A DNA stretch of 64,000 nucleotides, from assembly GCF_963921235.1 (NCBI RefSeq), contig NC_086097.1:74712001-74776000 (forward strand), in the 5' to 3' direction. Shown here piece after piece: positions 24,948 to 36,322 of the stretch. Each line of letters starts with the position of its first letter. The first letter of the stretch is position 1. The DNA is from Mobula hypostoma. Taxonomy: Eukaryota. Below the pieces are notes generated by a model. It did no database searches and had not been told where the DNA came from. It was given only the letters and a program-made list of their open reading frames with translations. The translations under genes and the position numbers were made by a program.

Positions 24948-27770
24948 CCATAAAGACCATAAAATATAGAACCAGAATTAGGCCATTCGGCACATTGAGT
25001 CTGCTCTGCCATTTAATCATGTCTGATACATTTTCCCTCTCAACCCCATTCTCCTGCCTTCTCTCTGTAACTTTTCAGACCCTGACTAATTATGAACCTA
25101 TCAACCTCTGCCTTAAATATATCCAATAACTGCCTCCAGAGACACCTATGGCAAAAAATTCCACACATTCACCACCCTCTGACTAAAGAAATTCTCCTCA
25201 TCTCTGTTCTAAATGGACATCCCTCTATTCTGACGCTGTGCCCTCCAGTCCCAGACTCCCCCACTGTAGGAAACATTCCCTCTATATCCACTCATTCTAG
25301 GCCTTTCGACATTCAATAGGTTTCAGTGAGATCCTCCCTCATTCTTCTAAATTCTTCTCCGGGTGAGTGCAGGCCTAGAGCCATCAAATGCTCCATGTAT
25401 GATAATCCTTTCATTCCTGGAATCATTCTCATGAACCTCCTCTGAACCCTCTCCAATGTCAGCACACCCTTTCGTAGTTAAAGGGCCCAAAACTGCTCAC
25501 AGTACTAGAAGTGGGGCCTCACCAATGCCTTATAAAGCCTCTGCATTACATCCTTGCTTTTATATCCTAGTCCTCTTGAAATGAATGCTAACATTGCATT
25601 TGCCTTCCTCACCACAGACTTAAGCTGGTTAACCTTTAGGGAATCTTACACGAAGACTCCCAAGTCCCTTTGCACCTCAGATTTTTAAATTTTCTGCTCG
25701 TTTAGAAAATGGGCTACGTTTTTGCTGCTTCTACCAAAGTGCATGACTGTATACTTCCTGACACTGTATTCCATCTCCCACTTCTTTGCCCATTCTCCAA
25801 ATCTGTCTACGACCTTCTGCAGCTCCCCTGCTTCTCCAACACTCACTGCCCCACCACATGTCTTCGTATCGTCTGCAGACTTGGCCACATACCATCAATT
25901 CCATATTTCAAACCATTGACATATAACATAAAAACATAAAAAGTCCCAACACCAACCACTGAGGAACACAACTAGTCACTGGCAGCCAACTAGAAAAGGC
26001 TCCTTTTATTCCCACTCTTTGCCTCTTGTCACAGCCAATCCTCTATCCATGCTAGTTTCTTTCTTGTGTTACCATGGGCTCTTCTTAAGCAGCCTTGTGT
26101 CAAAGGCCTTCTGAAAATGCAAGTACACAACATCTACTGATTCTCCTTTGTCTATCCTACTCGTTATTGCCTCAAAGAATTCCAACAAATTTGTCAGGCA
26201 AGATTTCTCCTTAAGGAAGCCATGAAGACTTAGGCCGATTTTAACTTTTGCCTCCAAGTACCCTGCGACCTCATCCTTTACGGTTGACTCCAACATCTTC
26301 CCAACCACAGAGGTCTAACTGATTTGCCTATAATTTCTTTTCTTCTGCCTTTCTCCCTCCTTGAAGAGTGAAGTGATATTTGAAATTTTCCAGTCCACTG
26401 GAACTATTCTGGAATCTATTGACTCTTGAAAGATCATTACCGATGCCTCCACAATATCCCCAGCCACCTCTTTCAGAACCCTGGGGTGTGGTCCATCTGG
26501 TCCAGGTGACTTATCCATCTTCAGACCTTACAGCTTCCCAAACACAGTCTCCCTAGTAATAGTAATTACACTCACTTGTGCCCCTGACACTCACAAACTT
26601 CCAGCATTCTGATAGCATCTTCCACAGTGAAGATGGATGCAAAATACTCATTAAGTTCGTCCTCCATTTCCTTGTCCCCCATTACTACCTTTCCAGTGGT
26701 CCAATATCTACTCTTGCCTCTCTTTTACTCTTTATTTGTCTGAAAAAAAACTTTAGGTATTCTCTTTATTATTGGCTAGCTTTCCTTCATATTTCATCTT
26801 TTTCCTCCATATGGGTTTTTAGTTGCTTCTGTTGGTTTTTAAAAGCTTCCCAATTCTCTAACTTCCCATTAATGTTTGCAATATTATATGCCCTCTTTCA
26901 TTTTTCTGTTGTTTTTGACTGCCCTTGTCAGCCACAGTTACACCATCCTGCCTTTAGAATAGTTTTTCTTTTGGATGTACCTATCCTGTGTCTTCCAAAT
27001 TGATCCCAGAAACTCCAGCCATTGCTGTTCTACTATCATCCCTGATAGTGTCTCCTTCCAGCCAACTTTGGCTAGATCATCTCTCATGCTTTTATAATTC
27101 CCTTTACTCCACTGATATATCAGACTTTAGCTTCTCCCTCTCAAACTACAGAGTGAAGTCTATTATATTGTAATCACTGCCTCCTAAGGGTTCTTTTACT
27201 TTAAGCTCCCTAATTTAATCCGGTTCATTACACCACACCCAATCCAGAATAGCCTTTTCTCTGGTGGGCGCAGCCGGTAGCTGTGTCTCCCCGCAGTAGA
27301 TCATCTCCCTCAGCAGTATCCAAACCAGTAAACCTATTATTGAGGGGAGCAATAGGTGCCCATTTCCTTTTCCTCTCCTTACAGTCACTCAGGTACCTAC
27401 CTATGCAACTTGAGGTGACTACTTCCCTATAGGTCCTATCTATCACCTCCTCAGTTTCCCATATGAGCTGAGGGATATCGAGCTGCAGTTCTATTCCTTA
27501 ACACATTTCCTGAGGAGCTGGTGCTCTCCCAGAATTCCCACATCTCACACATAGCCCTTTATCACTGCACTAACTGATGAGCAATGGAGAAGAACAAACT
27601 TACCTCACCAAAGCCTCATCACTCTACACTAGTCCACTCACGCAATGGCCGCTTTGTTTGTCTCTACCTTATTTTTATGTTTTATTTTTATTTGATTGGG
27701 CAGCTGGAAAAAATTGAAATCCTGCATACGCTTGTTTTTAAATTATTTTTGAAGTGGAGTGTTTTATCTA
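24948..27770 (-). mobile_element. CR1 LINE with internal deletions (5' boundary approximate)
   Basis: Minus-strand fragments DKSPGPDG.HPRVLKE, KSCLTNLLEFFE, ADDTK and ORF1 PLNNRF; tail ccataagaccata at the left end. Confidence 0.85.
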
Positions 27771-28046
27771 CCACACAGACTTCTATAATGTGAAATTTAA
27801 TTTTGACTCAATGCAGATCTGAGTGCAAGTACAACCTGTAAAAGATGTGTTATTACAGTCATATAATTAAATAGTTTTATTATGAAAATGCAATCCCAGT
27901 AATCATTATTTTCTATTAATCCACTGAAATTAATGTGATAGAATTTTGGCATCAATCAACAGTGATGCCTTTAATCATAATAAAGAATTCTCCAGATAAC
28001 AAAGTAGGAAGTAAAAAGTACAATTTTTAGACAGTGTCTTAAAGTA

Positions 28047-28367
28047 TGAGGGGTGATTGATAAGTTCATGGCCTAAGGTAGAAGGAGTCAATTTTAGAAA
28101 ACCTAGTACATTTATTTTTCAATATAGTCACCTCCTACATTTACACACTTAGTCCAGTGGTCGTGGAGCATACAGATCTTGGACCTCCAGAAAGTGTCCA
28201 TAGCAGGGGTGATTGATAAGTTGGTGGCATAAGGTAGAAGGAGATGAGTTATACAGCTCTCGTTACATGCACGTGCAGTTCAATTCTTTGAGTGATTATG
28301 CAGAAAGTTTGAAGTTAATATCTCATCTCCTTCTACCTTAGGCCACGAACTTATCAATCACCCCTCG
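28047..28367. mobile_element. Mariner-type MITE
   Basis: TIRs of about 40 bp, (C/T)GAGGGGTGATTGATAAGTTC.TGGCCTAAGGTAGAAGGAG, flanked by TA (28045-46, 28368-69); no ORF. Confidence 0.9.
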
Positions 28368-28409
28368 TATGATGTATATTGAAGTGGGGGTAGAGAACAC
28401 AACCTAACA

Positions 28410-29767
28410 TCCTCGATCGAAAATCAATTAATGAGAACTAGAAGTGATTTTTATATTCATAGCGATAAATCAGGTAAATTACTGGCTAACCAATTGAAAT
28501 TTGATTCGGCTAAACGTCAAATTACTAAGATTCGCAAACAGGATGATACTTTTACAGTTGATCATGTTGGGATAAACCAAACCTTTCAAGAATTTTATAC
28601 CTCTTTATATCACTCTGATTTTCCTCATGATTCTAATTTCATGCATGATTTTTTAAGTAAATTGAGTTTTCCGAAACTATCACCCGAAGATTGCCTATCA
28701 TTAGAAACTTCCATTTCAGAGGAAGAAATAATAACTGCAATCTCATCATTGAATTCCGGTAAAGCACCTGGTCTGGATGGGTTTACAGTGGAATTTTAAA
28801 AAATTTTTTCCTCCATTCTTTCTTCTAAGTTGTCTAGAATATTCAAGGAAACAATTAGCTTAGGTAAATTACCACAATCGTTTTATGAAGCCTCTATTTC
28901 CTTAATTCTTAAAAAGAATAAAGATCCTACTGATTGTGCATCATACAGACCGATATCTCTTCTGAATGTAGACTCTAAAATTTTTTCAAAAATTCTAGCA
29001 ACTAGACTGGAGAAGGTGTTACCTCAAATTATTTCTATGGATCAAACTGGATTTATTAAAAATCGCTATTCATCCTTTAATATTAGGAGGTTAATGAATA
29101 TTGTTTATACCCCCTCATTTACTACCCCAGAATGTATTATCTCATTAGATGCTGAGAAAGCCTTTGACAGAGTTGAATGGCCTTATTTATTTAATGTTCT
29201 TGAGAAATTTAATTTTAATTTGACATTTATATCTTGGATTAAATTGTTATATTACTCCCCGGTAGCCTCGGTTTGTACAAATAATTATAGATCTTTTTTT
29301 CGTCTTTTTCGTGGTACTAGGCAAGGTTGCCCTCTTAGTCCTTTACTATTTAATATTGCTCTTGAACCTTTAGCAATTGCTATTCGTGACTCGCCAAATA
29401 TTGTTGGTATTACCCGTGGGAACGAAATACATAAATTATCATTATATGCAGATGATTTGTTGTTATACATCTCTAACCCGGAGAAGTCAATTCCTGCTAT
29501 CCTAGATCTGTTAGCTCAATTTAGTAACTTCTCTGGTTACAAATTGAAACTTAGTAAGAGTGAATTATTCCCTTTAAATAAGCATGTACCTATTTATGGA
29601 CATTTACCATTTAAATTGGTTACTGATTCATTTATATATTTAGGGATAACAATTACGAAAAAATATAAAGATTTATTTAAAGCTAATTTTTTACCTTTAA
29701 TTGATCAGATTAAACTTTTATTTACCAAATGGTCCCCAATCTCTTTGTCTTTGATTGGTCGGATTAA
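28410..29767 (+). mobile_element. L1-clade LINE ORF2 (RT) fragment, cut off by the assembly gap
   Basis: KAPGLDGFTVEF, SYRPISLLNVD, LDAEKAFDRVEW, GTRQGCPLSPLLF, LYADD. ORFs 28431-28799 and 28830 onward are in the same frame, separated by one TAA. Confidence 0.92.
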
Positions 29768-29967
29768 NNNNNNNNNNNNNNNNNNNNNNNNNNNNNNNNN
29801 NNNNNNNNNNNNNNNNNNNNNNNNNNNNNNNNNNNNNNNNNNNNNNNNNNNNNNNNNNNNNNNNNNNNNNNNNNNNNNNNNNNNNNNNNNNNNNNNNNNN
29901 NNNNNNNNNNNNNNNNNNNNNNNNNNNNNNNNNNNNNNNNNNNNNNNNNNNNNNNNNNNNNNNNNNN
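29768..29967. other. Assembly gap (200 N)
   Basis: Run of N; the true length is unknown. Confidence 0.99.
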
Positions 29968-32189
29968 CCAGATGTCAGAGAAAAAGGTTGTAAACGTGCA
30001 AGGCACTCTCCGATTATGTAGATATCATCTTGCAGTGGCCTTGAAATGGTCTTCCAGTTCAAGTCCTAAAAATAAACACCTATTAATCATCCATTCCTTG
30101 ACCACCGCTTTAAGTGTGGAAACCCAAAACGGTTTCCTACATTTGCAAGCCCAGTGTACTCCGTCACCCAGGATAAGGAACAGTTTGCCTAGCAATTTTT
30201 TGCCAATAAAGAGGCTGGCTCTAACGAGTTGTTTTCAGCCATCTCTAACTGGCCTATCACTGATACAGCACTCCAAGTCTTGGATACTGCACAATACAAG
30301 CTTTGTCCAAACTCTTTGGGGAGAAAATAGCAAGGAAAAGGCCTTCTGTTATCCAAACATTACCCTAAAATTTTAAAGGATTCAGATCTGCAGTTGCTGT
30401 GTACAGAGGGAAACTCTGACTATTTTTTTCCATGATAGGAATAATACTCAGCCTTGAAAATAAAAAGCTGTTCTGTTCATAAGGCACACCTTTGAGTTTC
30501 TTTAAGTATATTTTAATTGATTTGGTTTTTTTTGCGTAAAGGGCATGTTTGACAGTGATATTTCAGTACCATTTTTTGTGTGTTGGCATTATTGCAATTA
30601 GTGATTCTGTGTGTAACCACTCAATTGTTTTACTTTGAAATCTTACTAATGATGGTAAGGCCACTGAAATCTCAGTCATTAAAAAAAGCTACAAAGAATT
30701 TTAAAGCCCAAAGCAGGTGTTTATTTCTGATGTATAATTTTGGTACAAGTTTATGTTAAGGAGAAGGAATATACTGAATGCTTTGCCAGTACAGATTTCA
30801 ACACAGAACTGCGTTCTTAAGCATTATTTGGTAGATTTTCCCAATTTTTGAGTGGTATGAATATTTGGCATTGCAGCTGGGTATATTTTCACCATGCATT
30901 GGTGTTAAGATTATAAATATCTCGTCCTTTTATAGTTTCAGACATAATTTTGGTACTGATGATGGTGGAAATGTTTTTAACAGTACTGAGATTTAGATTT
31001 TGAGAGAAAAAAAATCCAACTCGTGAGAGAAATTTATAATGTTGTTTCATGTTTTACCAAATGTGTTGTGCCAGTGTTATAGAAGCATTTTTTTTTAACT
31101 GCTTTGTACAATGAGTTCCTGATCTTGGGCACATTATAAGAAGCCAAGTGATTCGCCCTGGATGGAAAAATCAGCTGGTCCATCCATGCATACTTTCAAC
31201 TAATTACAGTGACTAAAGATGAAGTAAGCATTCCAATCTAGCCCTTCTGCAGAAGCAAACTGCATGATTTAAAGAAAGTTGTAGATAAAATAAGTAAAAT
31301 CAGTGATTTTTTTTTGAAAGTGTGCCACATTTACAGAAGAGATTTGTTAGTATTTCTTTTCATGATTGCAACACAGCTAAATCATAGTACCATTGTGTTA
31401 AATTGATCCTTAGTTCTTTTGTTTACTCACTGGAAAATAAAATATAACTTTAGTTTTGTTTAAGGCATTTCCCTTTTAAAGCAACTTAGATGGTTATTAT
31501 GTATTTTATTTTTACTACTTGTTCTTGTAACTTGCTGTTGTAGAATGTGGCTTGTTGGCACTTCTGTATGTCAATTCCCAGACTTGAACAAGCCATGTAC
31601 AGCCCTTCCATATTTAAAAACATACTGGATCCATGTGAAGACTGCACAAATTATGAACAGACCAAACAAAATTCCATCTTGATTGCACTTCAGAATGTAA
31701 ATTGACCAGACGTTCTCCATTTAAAAGAGGACATAAATAATGCTACTGAAAAATTCATGGAGTGTGCCACAAATGTAAAATTTTGAGACCTTGTTACATC
31801 CTTTATGAAATAATATATTTTATTATTAGTTTCAGCAAAGGTGTGCTCAATTTTTTAGGGAGGGTGTTTCTTATATACAGCTCCGTTTTAGTGGATAGCA
31901 TAATAAAATCAACAAAGGAAGATGTATTATTGCATGCCCATGACACGTGTATATTGAAGCAAAATAGTGCACAAAATTTGCAGCCTGTTTTCCTTTTATT
32001 GGATATTTAATGCTAGTCTGCAAATTTGAATCGTGTTCTGGCAGTGAACCCTGTTCAGTAAGTGGTTAAAAGTACTTATCTGGATACATTCCAACTGCTG
32101 CAGACAAATTTGTTCCCAAACTCGACACAGCTGCTCTCACTCTGCCCAAAGTGCACATTCTATTCTCAAGTTTGCTCTTAAGTTGACTT

Positions 32190-33760
32190 TGGTCTTGTCT
32201 TTCCTGTTAGGCGTTCCTGGTCTCCTGATGGTGAAGGATAATCCATTAAATAGGGAGGCCAGTGGGAAAGAAGATGAGGTACCTCATTCATAAGGGGAAA
32301 ACGTAAGATTAACAAATGGAATGGGTGCAGTCAAGGTGCTCTCAACAATACTGGAGGGTGATCCTCAGTTGAGGAACAAGGAAGTCAACTTAGAAGCACA
32401 TGTATGGAAGGTGGCATTGTTAGAGCAGACATGACAAAAGCAGACCATGGAACTGTGTCCTTAAAGGAAATGAAATGGTAAGAAATATAACTGTGGTAGC
32501 TATGGTGGACATTGATTATTCACTTGTCCTCAGAACTGAAGAAGGAAAATGTATTACAAGTGAATCATATGAAGGTGAAAGAAGGGTGGAAAATGGGAGC
32601 AAAGTTGATGAAGTTATGTAGTTTGGCATGAGAATGGAACGACATGCCATTGTGGTCATCGGTCTATTGGGAAAAGGGTGAGGTGAGAGATTTTGATAGA
32701 CTGGAATAAAGAATGCTCTGTGTGTCTTGCAAAGAGGTACACGTACCTCAGACCCGCATTGTTTCTCAGCACCACCATTTATTTGGAGCAGATGAGATCA
32801 GATAAAGAAGTTGCTCCATGTGAGATCAATTTCATAGTCATGCAACTCAGAGAACATTTACATCACAAAGATTGCTACTGTGCCTGACAGTCAAAAAGGA
32901 GCTACCCAAGCAAATTCTGCTTTACAACATAAGGTCTGTAGTCTTGCAGGTACTTTGGTGGCACAGTGGTTAAATTTCCAAACAGTAATCCAGAGACCAG
33001 TAATCTGGCCACAGTACACCCTGAGACTTGATAACAAATTGAAAGTTTTATGTTGATGATGTGGTATTTTCTGTGTGGAGGAAACCTACAGAGATCAGGT
33101 GACTATTTTGCAGAAAGCCTCTATTCAGTATGCAAGCTTGACACTGAACTTTAACTTTTCATCCCAAACCACTCTGCTCTCTGTTTTCAGCCTTCTACAC
33201 TGTTCCAGGAACAGTGTAGAAAGCACAGTACTTCTTCATCCATTTGGCCACATTGAAGCCCTTTGGACACTATATTCAATTGAAACAGCTGATTATTTCC
33301 AGCTTTTTCCTTACTTTGGATTTCCAATGACTTTTCTGTTGTGCATCTCTCAGTTCCGGGTAGCCTTGATGAAAGTTTCGGCCCAAAATGTCAACTGCTT
33401 GTTTCCCTCCATAGAAGCCGCCTGATTTGCTGAATTCTTCAAACATTTTGTGTGTGTTGCTCAAGATTTCCAGCTCCTGCAGAATCTCTTGTGTCTCCAG
33501 ACAACTCTTGTTTTGTCTTCCTTTAATTCCCCTCCTTCATGAAATAATTGGTTGGAACCAAAAATAATGTGCTCCTGGACAATCATAGGTTCCTCTCTAT
33601 CACACATATTTCCCTTGTTCTCCCCATCCCTTCTTTTCTCTGCTACATAAAAAATAAGCTTTTTAACTTTTCCAATTCTAAAAGGATCATTGACCTGAAA
33701 TATTGTTTTCCTCCACACAGATGCGGCCTGATCCATTGAGTTGTCTTAGTACTTTCAGAG
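32190..33760. mobile_element. Cluster of old Penelope-like fragments
   Basis: Decayed minus-strand body at about 32190-32790; plus-strand 3' part at about 33040-33495 ending in the terminal unit; a second variant terminal unit at about 33670-33755. Confidence 0.55.
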
Positions 33761-35120
33761 TAAATGCTATTTAAAGAACACTGGGTTCAATTTTTATTGT
33801 TTCTCTTGGGCTTTTTTTTTTGATCAGTCTGCTATATAAAAATCCATCCAGTACACTGCCCTCAATGATTCCCTTGTTCCCTCAGAGAAATCAGTTGGTT
33901 GTTCATAACCATCCCTTGACAAATCTATGCCGTCCCTTATTTATCTGTGCCTTTATAAATGAAGGGTTACAATGTCCTTTGGAATGGATTCCAATAATTT
34001 TCCTATGACTGATGTTAAATTAACTAGCTTGTTATGTAATTTATCCCATCCTCCCTTTTTTATCCAAATGTAGAATGTTAGCAGTCTTCCAATCCTCTTG
34101 GCACCCCTTCTGTAGCCAGACGAGATTGAAAACTGTAGTTCAACTGATTTTTACAATTTTCTCCCATGTTTCATTGACAAATATGGGATATATTTCTTCT
34201 GAGGGAGGTTATCAAATTTTCAAAGATACTCAACTCTTTTGTGCATCCTTCATTTGTAAGAATCACAAAATATTCTTTAAGAATATCAACTTCCAGTCAT
34301 AGGTTTGTTTTTTTGGTCTCTACCCAACTTTACTGGTTCCTTAGTTATCATCTTGCTCTTTATATACATAAAGGATCTTTCCTTGTCCATATCTTTTCTT
34401 ATTCTCCTCTTGTTTTCCTCAGCTTTCTCTAGTATTAGGTTTATCTATGGCAGTGAGGTGCCAATAATGTGGTTACTTTTATTTTTAAATAACCAATAAG
34501 GTGGCTATTTTTGTAAAAATATTAGAGGTTTTTCATGAGGTGCATTGAGAAAGACTGTTTCCTCTGGTTGTGGAAGCAGTGTGGGTCATCAATTTAGAGT
34601 CCATAAAGGAGTGATATGAGGGCAGAGGTGAAATTTCTTTATCTGAGAAATTTGCTTTGAGAGTGAGAAGTAAAGAAATGGGAAGGTGAAGATGGTGGGG
34701 GTAAGAATGGGATGGTTTGAAGCAAGCGTAAGGGAAGTGAATGTTCAGGGGAGCAGGCTGGTCTGATTATGTTTGCAATGCTTTGATGAACCACTGGCTT
34801 AGAAACAACAAGCTGAATGTTTTTTTTGTTCTCGCTTCTTCTTTCTAGTGTAGATGAATATGAATGTGTTGTTCATTTAGATGCCTAGATGTTCAGACAG
34901 TTGCAATTTAGGGGAAGGAATATTGAAAGAAGTACTTCAACTAAATTGCAGAATTCAAAGACATGTCTTCCACAATTCTGAAGTTAAACCAAAATGACAG
35001 TTTTAAAGTTTTACTAACTTTAAGCTGATTGAGATTCCACCAAGGTGCATAGGAAATAGTCCTGTTCGTCAAATGCTGAATAAAGATTGCTGAATTATAG
35101 ATTTGTAGTGATAGAGTGAT

Positions 35121-35178
35121 GATGTTGACTCAGGCCTGAGAGGCCAGCGTCAGGCATTTTCATGCCCTACAAGGTACA
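35121..35178 (-). mobile_element. 3' tail fragment related to the SINE at 8654-8889
   Basis: Reverse complement ccttgtagggcatgaaaatgcctgacgctggcctctcaggcctgagtcaacatc aligns with 8826-8880. Confidence 0.75.
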
Positions 35179-35456
35179 CCAGGTAAACAACTTGGCACCT
35201 TTGCCGCAAACATAGCCAGCTAAATATTAATTGTTCAAAAACTAATGTTCCCCACTATCTACTGCTCAAGATTCATTCTATTGAATGTCAATGTTTACAC
35301 AATTTAAGAGACCACAAAAAAACAAACTAAATTGTGATTGGTGCACCAAAATTAAAATATAAGATGGACAGAGGATAATATTGCACTCTATATAGCAATA
35401 TAATTATTACAACAAAGTGACTTGTATGTTCATTATCATTCAGCATCTTGCATAAG

Positions 35457-35575
35457 AGTCATAGAAAAGTACAGCACAGAAGCAGACCCTTTGGCCCATC
35501 TAGTCTTGCCAAACCATTTAAATGCCTACTCCCATCAACCTGCAATGGGACCACAGCCCTCCATACTCCTACCAT
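35457..35575 (-). mobile_element. CR1 3' tail fragment
   Basis: agagtcatagaaaagtacagcacaga..ggcccatctagtc is the reverse complement of the 22520-22572 tail. Confidence 0.75.
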
Positions 35576-36199
35576 TTGGGTAACCAACAGTATTGCTGGA
35601 AAAAAAAGCAAGCTAAGAAAAATACTTAAGTCAGCCTGGGAAGAAACAGAGGGAGCTTATTCAGGTGAAATATTGATAGTATAATTGGACCACTACACTA
35701 AGTTATGCAATTGTATAAAGCAAGATTTTCAATGTGATTCACAAGTCACAAAGTATAATTATGCTTTTATTAAATAACGATTTATTACTATTTATACAAA
35801 AAGTTAACATTAATATGCTCAACATTTGTGTCTGTTCCAAATATCTTTGAGAACAAACCGCAGACACCCAAAATATACCTCTTTTGTTACAGTGTTGAAG
35901 AATGGCTCAATGAATATCCCAACCAGAAGGTTAAATGACAAAACAGATCTGTCCTGAACGATGCCCTAAAGATGTATCCATGAAAAGTACCAGGGATATG
36001 TCTTTAACAATGTACTAATAGCAGCAACATTCATCTATTGCCTTTCCTATGTAGTTTCAATGGGACTGTATCAGAATGTCTCAGCTCCATAACTGGTTTT
36101 ACTTGCCACATTTAGGAGTTGGAAGTTAAATTTTGTACAGGTTTTATTTCCTGAAGACTGGTTCTCATTTTAGTTAATTCATAGTATGTATGTGTTTTT

Positions 36200-36322
36200 C
36201 AAAGACTTTGTTGCATTTCTTTATTTTTCCTGTAACTGACTGAAAGAAAATGAATCTCAAGATGGTATATGGTAACATATGTACAGTATATGTACTTTGA
36301 TGATCAATTTACTTTGAACTTT
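36200..36322 (+). mobile_element. Rex-type LINE 3' tail fragment
   Basis: aaaatgaatctc..tatgtactttga..tttactttgaacttt, as at 45090-45161. Confidence 0.7.

Noticed and set aside
29718..30062. ORFs crossing the N run
   Set aside because: Artefacts of translating through the gap.
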